Source: Octopus sinensis
Taxonomy: Eukaryota
Assembly: GCF_006345805.1 (NCBI RefSeq)
Contig: NW_021834444.1
Coordinates: forward strand, 1 to 48,412
Length of the DNA stretch: 48,412 nt
Direction: 5' to 3'
This document shows, piece after piece, positions 1-11,895 of this stretch (positions are counted from its first letter, which is position 1; every line of letters starts with the position of its first letter). The notes below the pieces were generated by a model. The model was not told the DNA's origin and did not search any database. It saw nothing but the letters and a program-made list of their open reading frames with translations. The translations under genes and the position numbers were made by a program.

Positions 1-200
1 TGATGGGTTGTCACTGAAAGTGGGTTTGTGATCCTTCATGGTGATATATGGTCTTTTGGTTGTCAAGATATCTTTTCTATTTTTAACTTTTGGGTTCGTG
101 GCTTTTTCTCTTTTATTTTTATTTTTTTGGTTGTTATTATGTCACTTAAAGAAGCATATTTTGTTTTCTTTATGTTAGAGATTACTTTACTACTGCAAGG
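1..200 (-). mobile_element. Penelope-like element fragment, region N-terminal of the RT core (runs off the window)
   Basis: Minus-strand 57->1 reads KRPYITMKDHKPTFSDNPS, matching the I-T-x-K-D-H-K-x-x-F-x-x-N-P motif I recognise from a Naiad-like PLE group (clade assignment is inference). Upstream frame is broken. Confidence 0.6.
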
Positions 201-329
201 TCCAATCTAAGTAGCGATGTGGTAGCTTTTGTTTCTCAGTTACCCTGCGACCTATACCACCGGAGCGCAAATTCTTGATAAAGCCTCCCATGCCAGACAG
301 GTCATAAGACAGAAACTAGACTACTACGA

Positions 330-655
330 AACACCTCTTCCCATAGGTAAAAATAGGTTTGCATAGTGCCAACACTCATATCTAGACAAAAATCTAAGAT
401 ACAGAAGCATCGATGACATCAAAACCAACACATGGCAGACCAAAACCTTCCTTCAGGCTCTGTCCCGGAATTCACAAGAGAGGTGGAAGTGAGAACATCC
501 TAAGAAAACAAGTGGAGGCAGGATACTGAAAAGAGCAGAAAAAGTAAGGATTCAACTGGAAAGAAGCAGAAAAGACAGTCGAAAGTCGAGTGCAGTCGAG
601 AAAAGTCGTCGTGACCTACTCTTCATAAGGAGTGATGAGCTTAAGTTAGTAAGAA
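330..655 (+). mobile_element. Decayed RTE-clade LINE 3' end
   Basis: Frameshifted translation HMADQNLP / QALSRNSQERWK*EHPKKT / RILKRAEKVRIQLE resembles the RTE C-terminus (RM...P+QAL.W.P.G.R.RGRP+.TW). Confidence 0.6.
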
Positions 656-689
656 AATATGTAAGAAAGGAGGATGTTGTTAGAGGTTT

Positions 690-1140
690 TACCTATATGG
701 AAGAAATTGCTTATTTTCTCCGATTTCACAAATTAGCGCTGGTGTAGATGTAACCATTTCTTATTCTCAGCACATTCTGCAGTGTAGCCGTTCGCTTGTT
801 GTGTCTTATTATCTTGATCATTGCAAGTAGTTCATTTCCGAAAGTTTGTAGCAATGGATCGTGTGGCGAACATTTGATTGTCTTGAGTCCTTTGTTGTGA
901 ATAAAACTTTCATCCTGTAAGCCATTTATGTAGTAGTAAATCTTTCACAGTACTCTCTTCACAAAACCTCCGGGCTTTTATTTTTTGTACAGTAGTATTT
1001 TCAAGTAAAGCCTCTTGGTTGTTATCGGTGTATCTTTCATGAAGAAGCGAATAGGATATCGCTGCATCTTTTCTTGTTTTACAATTACTCTTAATAAAGT
1101 ACTCACGTCGTGATGGGGTTATATTACAGGGCACAGCAGA
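690..1140 (-). mobile_element. Heavily decayed R4/Dong-type LINE fragment (linker and CCHC region)
   Basis: Minus strand gives LHKWLTG...MFATRSIATNFRK...HCRMC*E*EMVT, paralleling WL...A-QDQ...T.NY.K...CRxC in the better-preserved copies at 23-34 kb. Confidence 0.5.
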
Positions 1141-1152
1141 AAAAATGCTATA

Positions 1153-1460
1153 GTGGAGGCACATGGCCTAGTGGTTAGAGCAGCGAACTCGCGGTCGAGG
1201 AATCGCGGGTTCGAATCTCAGACCGGGTGATGTGTGTGCTAATGAACGAAACACCGAAGCTCCACGCGGCTCCGGCAGAAGGTAATGGCGAACTTCTGCT
1301 GACGCTTTCGCCACAACTTTCTCTCACTCTTTCCTCCTGCATCTTGCAGCTCACCTGCGACGGACCGGCGTCCCGTCCAGATGGGGAACCTATACGCCAA
1401 GGAAACCGGGAAACCGGCCCTTATGAGCCAGGCATGGCTCGAGAAGGAACAAACAACACA
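1153..1460 (+). mobile_element. tRNA-derived SINE family A with tail type i
   Basis: A-box-like TGGCCTAGTGG and B-box-like GGTTCGAATC; body shared with 12017, 24271, 34916 and 43849; imperfect TSD aaaaa(c)tgc(t/c)atag at 1141-1153 and 1460-1473. Confidence 0.85.
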
Positions 1461-1715
1461 AAAACTGCCATAGGCTTTTCTACTGCATCCTGCCAATACT
1501 GAAGTTGGGTACATGATCACGGCGACTTCATATAGCCAATGTTTTAAGGTTTTTTTGGTGGGTGGGTGGGGGGTGTTCATTCTTAGTTAACAATCATTGG
1601 GTGGACCGATACATTCCAACCGCTGGTTGTTGAAACGGGCAGCAAAAATAGAGAATGCGAGGTTTTCTGCCGGCCCCTATATTTTAATTGTTTTTATGTT
1701 ATAATGTTTAGTATA

Positions 1716-1910
1716 CTTATGTATGTATGTATGTATGTATGTATGTATGTATGTATCTATGTATATATGTATGTATGTATCTGTATGTATGTATGTATGT
1801 ATGTATGTATGTATGTATGTATGTATGTATGTATGTGTGTATGCATGTATGTGTGTGTATGTACGTGTGAATGTATTATGTATGTTATGTGTATGTATGT
1901 ATTTGTAGTG
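1716..1910. repeat. (TATG)n/(TG)n microsatellite
   Basis: Direct reading. Confidence 0.95.
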
Positions 1911-2099
1911 CACGCACGCAAATACACATACGTGCACGTGCATATACATATATGTATATAAATCTGTCTAGTGATAAGGCATTACACAATTTTTTTGCTT
2001 ATGCATATTTTCTTTATTTTTCTTCTGTATTTCTTGTGCTCCATGAAAAAATATATATCAAGCCTAATCGTGTTTATCTACCGTTCTACCTACATGTCT

Positions 2100-2397
2100 A
2101 GGTATGTGCGTACGTATGTATGTGCGTCGTATGTATGTGCGTACGTATGTATGTATATGTGTGTGTATATATGTATGTGTATGTATGTATGTGTGTGTAT
2201 GTATGTGTGTATATGTATGCATGTATGTGTATCTGTGTATATCTGTATGTGTGTATCTATGTATGTGTGCATGTATGTATGTACGTGAGTATGTATGTTT
2301 GTATGTATGTATGTATGTAGGTGCGTATGTGTGCATGTAGGTTATGTTGCATTTATGTATGTGTCTATGCACATTTATATATGTGTATATATATACA

Positions 2398-2436
<39 letters not shown>

Positions 2437-2654
2437 TAAATGTGCATAGACACATACATAAATGCATACATAACTACATGCACACATACGCACCTACATA
2501 CATACATACAAACATACATACTCACGTACATACATACATGCACACATACATAGATACACACATACAGATATACACGATATAATGTATTTACATTTACATT
2601 TGCATAACATATTTACACACATACATGCATATATATAGATATATATATATATTA

Positions 2655-2697
<43 letters not shown>

Positions 2698-2710
2698 TAT
2701 ATATAATGTA

Positions 2711-2741
<31 letters not shown>

Positions 2742-2830
2742 TTTATATGCATGTATGTGTGTAAATATGTTATGCAAATGTAAATGTAAATACATATATC
2801 TATGCATACGTGTACGTGTATATATATATC
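2100..2830. repeat. TATG/TA microsatellite block containing two adjacent fold-back palindromes
   Basis: Arms 2230-2393 / 2421-2579 and 2582-2633 / 2744-2795, each pair centred on (AT)n. Confidence 0.9.
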
Positions 2831-2891
2831 GACAATAATAATGATAATGATATTAATAATAATAATAACAATAATAATAATAATAATAATG

Positions 2892-2922
<31 letters not shown>

Positions 2923-3567
2923 TAATTTTTTATATATGCTTAGACCTACATATGTTTCAGCTGCACTGATTAGTAACAGTTGCAGTTGCTACCCATTTAT
3001 ATATTTATAATTATAAGGAAAAAATGGACAGTTTTAACTGATAAAATTCAATTTATTAACATATTACCAAAATTCTCTCTTACCTACAATTGTTTTCATA
3101 CTCAACTCATTCAATTACAAATTGATAAATTAATAATTGCATCTTGAAATAACGAGTTAAATATTTCTTCAGGGTGAGAATTAGTCACTTTAAGAATCAC
3201 ATCATAATCGATCCGGTGATCATCAAACAGACTCAAAATATCAATAATGTGTGTGCATGTTAATATTTAAAAAAAACTGTGATATATTTGTCTTGTTTTT
3301 ATTTATTTGTGTGCATGTGTGTGTGTGAGTTTTATTTGCGCGTGTACGCGTGTACGCGTCAATATTAAAAAAAAACTCCATTGCTTGTTTATTGGGTTTT
3401 GTTTCTATTTTTGTATGCAAATATGCGTTAATGTTTCATCACGTGATAGTGCTGGAAATTACATAACTTTCTGCAGGTATGGTGTTTATATTCTACGTAA
3501 TCAAAATATGTGTTGCAAACATTTTTATCATTAGACAAAATATTGAATGTCAATATACTAAAAAAAT

Positions 3568-3627
<60 letters not shown>

Positions 3628-3977
3628 GAGTGAGAGAGCAGTTCATGCCATCAAAGTGACACTGGGGTAAAATATACGAAACCCAATATACCCATCATAA
3701 CTACCCGTCTGATAAGGGTACACCAGGCACATGCATCACAACCATATGTGCGCGACATGGTGATCTCATATCAAGATAAACAGCACATGTCCTTACAGGT
3801 GGGGCCCAGTTAGAATTTTCTTCAGGTTGAGTAGCCCATCCAGCTCAAAAGGTCCCTGAATAAGGGTTGTTTAAGGATGTTGAAAGAACCACCCATGTTT
3901 CCAAAGGTGAATTATTCAAACCCCAAAGAATCCCTCTCAACACATGGTTATGATGCTCCCCCACTACTTCTGCTCGT
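3628..3977 (-). mobile_element. 5'-truncated copy of the non-coding TAA-embedded element (full copy at 32878-33418)
   Basis: Reverse complement aligns with 33083-33418; flanked on both sides by (TTA)n. Confidence 0.9.
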
Positions 3978-4149
3978 TATTATTATTATTATTTTTGTTG
4001 ATGTTGTTATCATTATAATCTAATTATATCTAATAGTTAATTATTTCATATTTTATTCCACATATCTTAATATAATATTATTTTAATTGTTCTTTATAGT
4101 ACATATTTTTATCTATCAAATCATCGAATGTATATCTTATCCTGGTTTT

Positions 4150-4640
4150 AATTTTATCTTATTTGTAGTTTTTAAATACAAATTTATATGAGTGCATACA
4201 TGCTAAACTTTTTTCCCGCTTACTCTTAAGAAGTTTATGCCTCAACACAAATAGCACAACAGGTATCAGCTACTTTAGAGGATCTAACATGGTTGGTAAT
4301 TTCCCACTTTGGGTTAAAATCCTTATTCTTATCCTTCTATTCCCAAATAAATTTGTTTAGACTGGTGCTGATTGATTTTTGTTTCAAAATGTGTTTTCAT
4401 GGCTGGCAATTCATCGCTTAATAAGATATGCCGTGGAACCTATGTAATAATAATTTAGTCCCTCAGATTCTACTTTGCATTTATATACCACATCTTTCTG
4501 TTTGCAAAAATTATTAAGCAAACAGTCATATTCAAATTTGCAATCACAACGAATATTTGTATCTTTCTCTATAAATCTGTGGTCAATACTAATCTTATCC
4601 ATAGTGTTAGCTTTGTTCCTTATAATTCCATGGTTAAAAT
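4150..4640 (-). mobile_element. Penelope-like element GIY-YIG endonuclease fragment (decayed)
   Basis: ORF 4411-4602: RCDCKFEYDCLLNNFCKQKDVVYKCKV...YYIGST, continuing through stops as SLNKFIWE*K...KWEI...CCAICVE, the PLE Cys-linker plus GIY-YIG pattern. Confidence 0.8.
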
Positions 4641-4738
4641 GAGAGGTAAGTAGGTTATCTCCCTTTCTGTCTTTTTTAAAATATTAACGCATACACGCGC
4701 AAATAAATTTAGCACACACACGCACACGCATCTGTCTG

Positions 4739-4817
<79 letters not shown>

Positions 4818-4875
4818 GTTTGTTTGTCTGTTTGTATGTATGTATATGTGTATGTATGTGTATATGCCTTTCTGT

Positions 4876-5090
4876 CTGTATTTGTCTCTCGCTCCCATCG
4901 CTTGACAAGGTGTGCTGGTTTGTTTATGTCCCGCATAACTTAGCGGTTCGGCAAAAAGAGATTCATTACTATAAATAACATACTTTAAAAATGAATACTG
5001 GGATCAGTTTAGTTATTCGACTAAACCCTCCGAGCAGGTGCTCCAGCATGGTCGCAGTCCAATGACTGAAACAAATAAAAAATGAGAAAA
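4876..5090 (+). mobile_element. tRNA-derived SINE family B, 3' half (diverged)
   Basis: catcgcttgacaa...cttagcggttcggcaaaa...ggtgctccagcatgg...gactgaaacaa, shared with the B copies below. Confidence 0.8.
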
Positions 5091-5099
5091 ACGCTAAAT

Positions 5100-5676
5100 G
5101 TGAATGTATGTGTGTGTGTGTATGAATGCATATATACACACGTACACATGTATATACATACACACATACACATATGTACACATCGCATATATTTACATAC
5201 ACACATTCATACATATATATGCATAGACAAATCTGTATACATGCATACATACTCATACACACGCACACTCACACACACACTCACCTTTATACCCGTACAT
5301 ATAAACACGTACATAAAAAACGATATACAGGAAAACACACACACACATATATATACATACGCGCTCACACATACAACATACACACACATACACACACACT
5401 CACACATATATTTTATATATGCATATACACGAACGCATACATATGCACATACAAATACACACACACACACACACACACATCTACATGTCTTACAACGGGC
5501 CAATCCTTTTTTATGTGAAAAATAAAGCAAAAATAATAAGAAGCAATAAAAACATAAAACATACAATAAAAAGTAATACAACGGACAAACAAGTATTGTT
5601 TGTATTTGTTTTATGACATTTTTTTTTACATATTTTATGCTACGTACATACATACATACATACATACATACATACA

Positions 5677-5707
<31 letters not shown>

Positions 5708-5820
5708 GTTTGTATATATATGTATATATATGTGTGGTTATGTTCCAATCTTGGCATTATTCTTTGGGTGTATCCATCCATACTTCCCTCGGTTTGTCGC
5801 ATTCTAATATTTTCTTGGGT

Positions 5821-5898
<78 letters not shown>

Positions 5899-5970
5899 GT
5901 CTATCTGTCTGTCTGTCTGTCCGTCTGTCTGTCTCTCAATCTGTCTGTCTGTCTGTCTGTCTATCTATCC
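5100..5970. repeat. (CA)/(TA), (TACA)n and (TCTA)/(TCTG)n microsatellite tracts
   Basis: Direct reading. Confidence 0.9.
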
Positions 5971-5974
5971 CGAT

Positions 5975-6728
5975 GGTCAGGCGATCCATTTGTTGTCAAC
6001 ACCCGTTAAAAGGAGGGCTGGGTATGCCATGGTTGATGATGCGCAGACACGCGCTGAGACTGCGACGTCTCCGGCTCTACGTAGACGACGGTGAACAGGT
6101 GTGGTCGCCGTTTGTGAGGCACGCTTTCCCGCAACTCGTCTCCATGACCAAACTGCAGTCGTGGATCAAAAAGAGGCCGAGGAAGGGCGAATGGCACCGC
6201 GAGTGTCGCGTTGCTCTCAAGCAACTCTGCTGTCTCGGGTTGACCTTAAGCGATATCAACACAACCAAAGCATTCTATAGGGGATTAGTAGAGGGGAGGT
6301 ACGACGACGATCTTGGGGCGAACCTGGGCGTCGACGAGGAATACCTGACCCGCCTGTTCAAGACGACTTTCGGGCCAGGACCTATGGAGAACTTCCAGAG
6401 ATCCCTGGCCTGGCAGGGATAATCTCTACAGACACGGCTCAAGAAACACGGGGCTGACCTGCCCGAGATGTAGTCAGAGCGATGAAACCGTTCTGCACGC
6501 ACGTGTGCAGTGTCCAACTTTTCCGACTTGTGGGCTTATGTCCAATGACTGCTTTCACGTGTGGGACGAGTCGGTTTATCAGCCGAGTCTACCGTCAATA
6601 TCGTCACGCCTGCTTCCTTCAAACGGGAAGGAAGAGCTATTTTCATCATACTTGTGGCTATGGCGAAAGAATGTATCTGGTGGACGCGTCTGAAAGGATT
6701 AGAGACAAACACTTTCCTCTCTGGTCAA

Positions 6729-6730
<2 letters not shown>
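5975..6730 (+). mobile_element. Tx1/L1-group LINE ORF2 3' fragment (post-RT region and zinc knuckle), frameshifted
   Basis: ORF 5973-6422 [21 protein letters not shown]; at about 6455-6515 TCPRCSQSDETVLHARVQCP (CCHC, zf-RVT-like); then AMAKECIWWTRLK. Truncated at (TA)n next to the Helitron. Confidence 0.8.
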
Positions 6731-6762
<32 letters not shown>

Positions 6763-6803
6763 CCATATATATATATTATATATATATATATATATATCTA
6801 GCA

Positions 6804-7300
6804 CTAGCAGTATCGCGGCGTGTCGGGTTTGTAAGGGAAATAACTATATAAGCATTTTTAGAGAGTTACTTCCCTTATAGATGTCAATCCGGGCTTTCTT
6901 AGCCATTTCTGTTTTGGTGTCTTCAAGCCATGAAGTCGTTGTTCTAAAAGAACGCTGGTCTCCTTGACAACGCTTTACGACGTTGATTTCCTTACACTCC
7001 CTTCTCCACAGCTTCACGAGGGAGGGAATAAGGGGGAGAAGCAAACAGGTGCAGGTGTGACCATGGACGCCAACTCCGCCGCCATCGACACACGAAAAAT
7101 TATGCATTAAAATGGAATAAAAAATGATGTTAAATTATTTTTAAAATCGTAGACTCATCGTAGACGCGCGCTAATAACCAGACGGGCTCGATATGAATCA
7201 CGACTATAAGATACCCGAATTTGGTTAAACTGCACCGCAAAATGTGGGAGTAGTTAGAATCTAAATCGAAGGGGACAGACACTCACACAACTACAGTTTT

Positions 7301-7346
<46 letters not shown>
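6804..7346 (-). mobile_element. Non-autonomous Helitron
   Basis: On the minus strand starts A^TCTATATA...AAAACTG at 7346 and ends ...cccgacacgccgcgatactgCTAG^T at 6804: TC start, CTAG end, AT target, GC-rich but degraded subterminal hairpin. Confidence 0.7.
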
Positions 7347-7444
7347 TATATATATATATATATAATGGCTCTTATGCCTTAATAACGGTCAATCACACAG
7401 TAATTCCTCTTTGTTTAACGGTCATCTTCATAGCATTTTTTCGA

Positions 7445-7518
7445 TGGCCAGATAACTGAAGACATGGCGTCGTGGGTTTCCGCCCCGACATCCGAAACTC
7501 TGAGTTTTATCATGGCTA
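7445..7518 (+). ncRNA. Type I hammerhead ribozyme fold, stem II base imperfect
   Basis: Stem I tggccagataa/ttatc-a-tggcta (11 bp with one bulge), core CUGAAGA 7456-7462, GAA 7494-7496, stem III ACTC-T-GAGT, cleavage triplet GUU. Confidence 0.7.
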
Positions 7519-7853
7519 CCGAAGAGGCCTTGGGATATTTTTGTAAGTGTCTCATTTATAACTACATATTAACCTATCACATATGGCTAATATGAGCATA
7601 ATGAGGCACCCATATCTGCATGGCTGAAACAGCTGTAAGATGTAGTTTATATTTATATTTGTATTTATTTATATTCACTTATACATACTGTACTTATTGT
7701 ATCTTATTACTCATTGATGTACATTGTTTTGTTCTATATTATTATGTTTGACCTTAATGTTCATATTAGTGGTTTAATAAATTATTTTGATTGGGTATTA
7801 TCTGGTAGTTGATTATTGATTAAGATGTTATTTCTTCTTCATTCCTTATTTTG

Positions 7854-7909
<56 letters not shown>

Positions 7910-7919
7910 CAACCATATG

Positions 7920-8867
7920 AGGGTAAATTAATTAATTAATCAATTTCACCAAGTATTCAGTATGCAAGGGACCTTTAAGGCGAATTCAAATTATTACATT
8001 ATATAAAAGGGCTGAGTAATAAATTACTTTGCCGCATACTGCGACTCATTAGAAATAGCAGCCAAAGAAAACTTTTTTAAAACTATTTCTAATACTTAAA
8101 GAAAACCTCTCTCATATAGTGTTTGCTCAATTCAACTCACGCAAATATGGGGGTAGAGACATTAAAAAATCAAGTGCAAAGGTTATTGAGAACGTACGTT
8201 TCAAGATTAGTCACACGACATTCTTCATCAGCTCAAACTCCCTGGTTTGGAGTTGAAAACACTTAAAGTAGGAGCATACCCTTTCGGCTTCCTCTCGCTT
8301 CAGAAGATCTGCTCGTAACTAACAGTGCCAACAAACTCAAAAATGCAAGCGAAGAATTTCTTTCTGCTCTCCCCTTTCCACCAGCGGGGTTAAAATCAGT
8401 AAACACTATGCTTTTTTCGGTAAGATCCGCGCATATATAGAGAGAGATGAATTATAATTTCACAATTAGGGTAAAATTCATTAATTATCAATTTACCCAA
8501 GTATTCAGTATGCAAAGGTCCATTTAAGGCGAATTCAAATTATTACATTATATAAAAGGGCTTAGTAAAATAATTACTTTGCCGCATACTGAACTCATTA
8601 GAAATAGCAGCCAAAGAAAACTTTTTTAAAACTATTTCTAATACTATTAAACTATTTCTAATACGTTCTCAAATAACCTTTGCACTTGATTTTTTAATGT
8701 CTCTACCCCCATATTTGCGTGAGTTGAATTGAGCAAACACTATATGAGAGAGGTTTTCTTAAGTATTAGAAATAGTTTTAAAAAAGTTTTCTTTGGCTGC
8801 TATTTCTAATGAGTTCAGTATGCGGCAAAGTAATTATTTTACTAAGCCTTTTATATAATGTAATAAT

Positions 8868-8868
<1 letters not shown>
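7920..8868. repeat. Direct plus inverted repeat complex, PLE pLTR-like geometry
   Basis: 7920-8096 is repeated directly at 8468-8645; 7990-8196 is repeated inverted at 8662-8868. Confidence 0.85.
8186..8236 (-). ncRNA. Type I hammerhead ribozyme fold, one extra nt at stem II base
   Basis: Minus strand: ttgag-CUGAUGA-agaatgtcgtgtgactaatctt-GAA-ACGTACGT-U-ctcaa; stem I 5 bp, palindromic stem III. Confidence 0.6.
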
Positions 8869-8898
<30 letters not shown>

Positions 8899-8916
8899 TA
8901 TGATATATTAATCTAT

Positions 8917-9272
8917 TTTTTTACCTGTTTCAGTCATTTTACAGCGGTCATGCTGCAGCAAAGCTTTAAAGGGTTTTTTTGTCGAAGAAATCGACCCCAG
9001 GACTTATTCTTTGTAAGCCTAGTACTTATTCCATCGGGGTCTTTGGCCGAACCGCTAAGTTACGGGGACATTAACACACCAGCATCGGTTGTCAAGCGAT
9101 GGCAGACGCACACACATATACACATATATACACGCACACACATACACACAAATATATATATATGACGTGCTTCTTCAAGTTTCCGTCTACCAAATCCGCT
9201 CACAAGGCTTTGGTTGGCCTGGGGCTAAAGTAGAAGACACTTGTCCAAGGTGCCACACAGGGGGACTGAACC
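8917..9272 (-). mobile_element. SINE family B, head truncated
   Basis: Reverse complement of the B body including the internal (CA/TA) tract; stops at gggactgaacc. Confidence 0.85.
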
Positions 9273-9274
9273 AT

Positions 9275-9466
9275 TTAATTCCAAGATTTATTTATGTTTA
9301 ACAACTGAATAAATTTAATAAAAGCATACAAATATGAAACTTCATGAAAATGTTTCAAACTGAAGTCTTTCTTGAGTGACTTCATAATTAGAATGCATAA
9401 ATAAAATTGAATATCAAGTATTTGTGGAATTTTTATATACTGTCGGGTGACTTTTGGCCAACCCTG
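9275..9466. mobile_element. Tc1/mariner-type terminal fragment
   Basis: Ends ...tggccaaccctg|TA, the same CAGGGT..|TA terminus seen on the transposase-bearing mariner remnants at 16047 and 46772; partner TIR not found. Confidence 0.45.
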
Positions 9467-10024
9467 TATATATATGCACACACGCACACCCACGCACCCT
9501 CCTCAAACAAATAAAGCTAACCAGCCAGATAGATACGATGTATGTGAACGTTTGTATACGAGCGCCAGGTTACATATTTGCGACGAGTTGCATCCCTTTA
9601 CCATGAAAGGTAACACAGCTCCATATTCGTAGCTTTTCGATAAATAGACATCAGGCCGATCATGCCTTTAAAACACACTGAAAACATACCTGAAGGAGTG
9701 TCCTCAAGATGGCTTCAGCCCACTGAGTGACACCAGTGAAAGAATATCCGATTCGTCGTGCCACATTAAAACGACATCTTCTGTTTGAACTTCGGCTCCG
9801 TATTATGGGATAGGTAGCAATTAATTAGCATATTGTGTGGGGTTTTTTTTTGTGTTGGCATGGGAAGCGTGAAAAGCGTAGGAGTTGTGTCATTTATTGT
9901 TCGCGGTTATGTCGTGTCGGTGCAGCTGGCACTGAATAAGGGTGAACTGCTGATTTTGAGGTTTTTCTTTTATATGTCGATCGAAGACAACAGATTTTAG
10001 GGTGAGGGTTAGGATTAGAGCAAA

Positions 10025-10888
10025 ACAACAACGATGACAAGGGGCAGCAATAATAGTGGCAGCTGTTGCAGCAGCAACGGTTAATAACGGCAGTAGCAAC
10101 AACAATAACAGCACAGCAGCATTTGCAATAAAAAGTATTAGCAACAGCAACACTAACAACAACAACGACGACGACGATGACGACAGCTGCGGCGAAGGCG
10201 ACGAAAACAACAACAACAACAACAAAACACCAACAAACAGAGCTGCAGCAACAAGATAACTGCTGCAACAACAACAACAACAGCAGAAATTACAACAAAA
10301 CAGCAACAACGTCGATAACATACTCTTTTACTTGTTTCAGTCATTTGACTGCGGCCATGCTGGAGCACCGCCTTTAGTCGAGCAAATCGACCCCGGGACT
10401 TATTCTTTCTAAGCCTAGTACTTATTCTACCGGTCTCTTTTGTCGAACTGCTAAGTTACGGGGATGTAAACACACCAGCATCGGTTGTCAAGCGATGTTG
10501 GGGGGACACATAAACATATACACACACGTACATATATACATATATACGACGGGCTTCTTCTAGTTTCCGTCTACCAAATCCACTCACAAGTCTTTGGTCG
10601 GCCCGAGGCTATAGCAGAAGACACTTGCCCAAGGTACCACGCAGTGGGACTGAACCCGGACACATGTGGTTCGTAAGCAAGCTACTTACCACACAGCCAC
10701 TCCTACATCATCATCATCGTCATCGTCATCGTCATCGTCATCATCATCATCAGCAGCAGGAGCAGCAGCAGCAAGAAAACTGTCCCAACGACAACAACAA
10801 CAACAACAGCAACAACAGCAACAAGAAAACTGCTGCAACAATAACAACAGCAGAAATTGCAACAAAACAGCAACAACGTCAATGTCAT

Positions 10889-10919
<31 letters not shown>

Positions 10920-11030
10920 AGCAGCAAGAAAGTTGCCCCGACAACAACAACAACAGAAATAAGTACAGCAGTAACAACAACAACAACAACAACAACAGTA
11001 GCAGCAGCAGTAGCAGCAACAACAACATGA
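10025..11030. repeat. CAA/CAG/CAT/GAC cryptic triplet array with higher-order repeats
   Basis: Direct reading; blocks 10247-10313 and 10817-10880, and 10740-10800 and 10895-10950, are copies of each other. Confidence 0.85.
10321..10705 (-). mobile_element. SINE family B, near full length
   Basis: Head (minus) ggagtggctgtgtggtaagtagcttgcttacgaaccacatgtgtccgggttcagtcc; tail ...gactgaaacaagtaaaagagta. Confidence 0.9.
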
Positions 11031-11160
11031 AGTGAACTGGCAACGTGTTACAACGTCGGCATTTGTGCCAACTCTCTGAATTCTGCGGTCAAATTCCGCT
11101 AAGGTCAACTTTGCCTTCCATTCTTTCGGGGTCGATAAAATACAGTATCGATCCCAGGCG
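11030..11160 (+). mobile_element. SINE family C, diverged
   Basis: Core aaattccgctaaggtcaactttgccttccattctttcggggtcgataaa, shared with the other C copies. Confidence 0.7.
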
Positions 11161-11389
11161 GTGGACTGGCAAAACAGTGAGAACGTCTGGTTGGATGCCT
11201 TGCGGTATTTGTTCCATCTCTTTGCATTCTGAGTTCAATTCCTGTAACAGCCTACTCAGGTGGCAGATTTAATACATCGCCCGGTTTCACACCACCACCC
11301 GGCACCATGAAGCAGAGTTCATTCGGGCCAGGTCTCTAGTTTGAGGATGCAGAATGGAGACCTGGCCTCTCTCTCACCTGCCTCGGATG

Positions 11390-11895
11390 CAGGGTTGGAT
11401 TAAGAGCCATAGAGGACCTAAGTGCGTAAAAGATTTTGGTGCCAAACAGTAATAAATCATAAAATAAATTTTAAGTTTTCAAAATGAAACAAAACTAACA
11501 ATCAGATTGAAAATAATGTTTCATTTTGTAAACTTCGGCTTTATATATACTTGAAAAGTTACCTGTTTCTTTTGTTTTTTTTTTAATTGCGAAGTCTTTG
11601 ATCAGATCCGTAAAATTAATCTTACGTAACAAATCTGTTTCTATGCTTAGCAGATATAAGGTATCCGGTCTGCCTTGTGTTCTTGTTCTGATGCAATTAT
11701 CAATATACTTCAACGGAGAAAATGAACGTTTATCTCAACAATATGTGGCCACTAATGTTAAAAATATACGAAAGGTAATGTCTACATTTGGAAAGGCACA
11801 ATTAGTAATGTTTATTTAACAAGATTAAAGTGTTTTCTTTTGTACCGTAAACCTTTGACTATTTCTGTGGTGCCCGCCCTTCCCTTGATGCCCTG
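11390..11895 (-). mobile_element. hAT transposase C-terminal remnant (dimerisation domain)
   Basis: Minus strand AFPNVDITFRIFLTLVATYC*DKRSFSPLKYIDNCIRTRTQGRPDTLYLLSIETDLLRKINFTDLIKDFA matches the hAT C-terminal pattern; CAGGG-type ends at 11390 and 11895; no TSD match. Confidence 0.7.

Noticed and set aside
1153-1225. tRNA-like cloverleaf with A and B boxes (also at 12017, 24271, 34916, 39797, 40295)
   Set aside because: Each continues into a multicopy SINE body or is a decayed head; not functional tRNA genes.
4150-4640. Possible selenocysteine (UGA) recoding, as reported for some Naiad PLEs
   Set aside because: The Cys positions here are TGT/TGC; the stops present are mixed TGA/TAA/TAG at non-Cys sites and look like decay.
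7560-7647. Second hammerhead half GAAACAGCTGTA with a possible stem I (aactacatat/agatgtagtt)
   Set aside because: No CUGANGA in the required position; at most a decayed partner of the 7445 fold.
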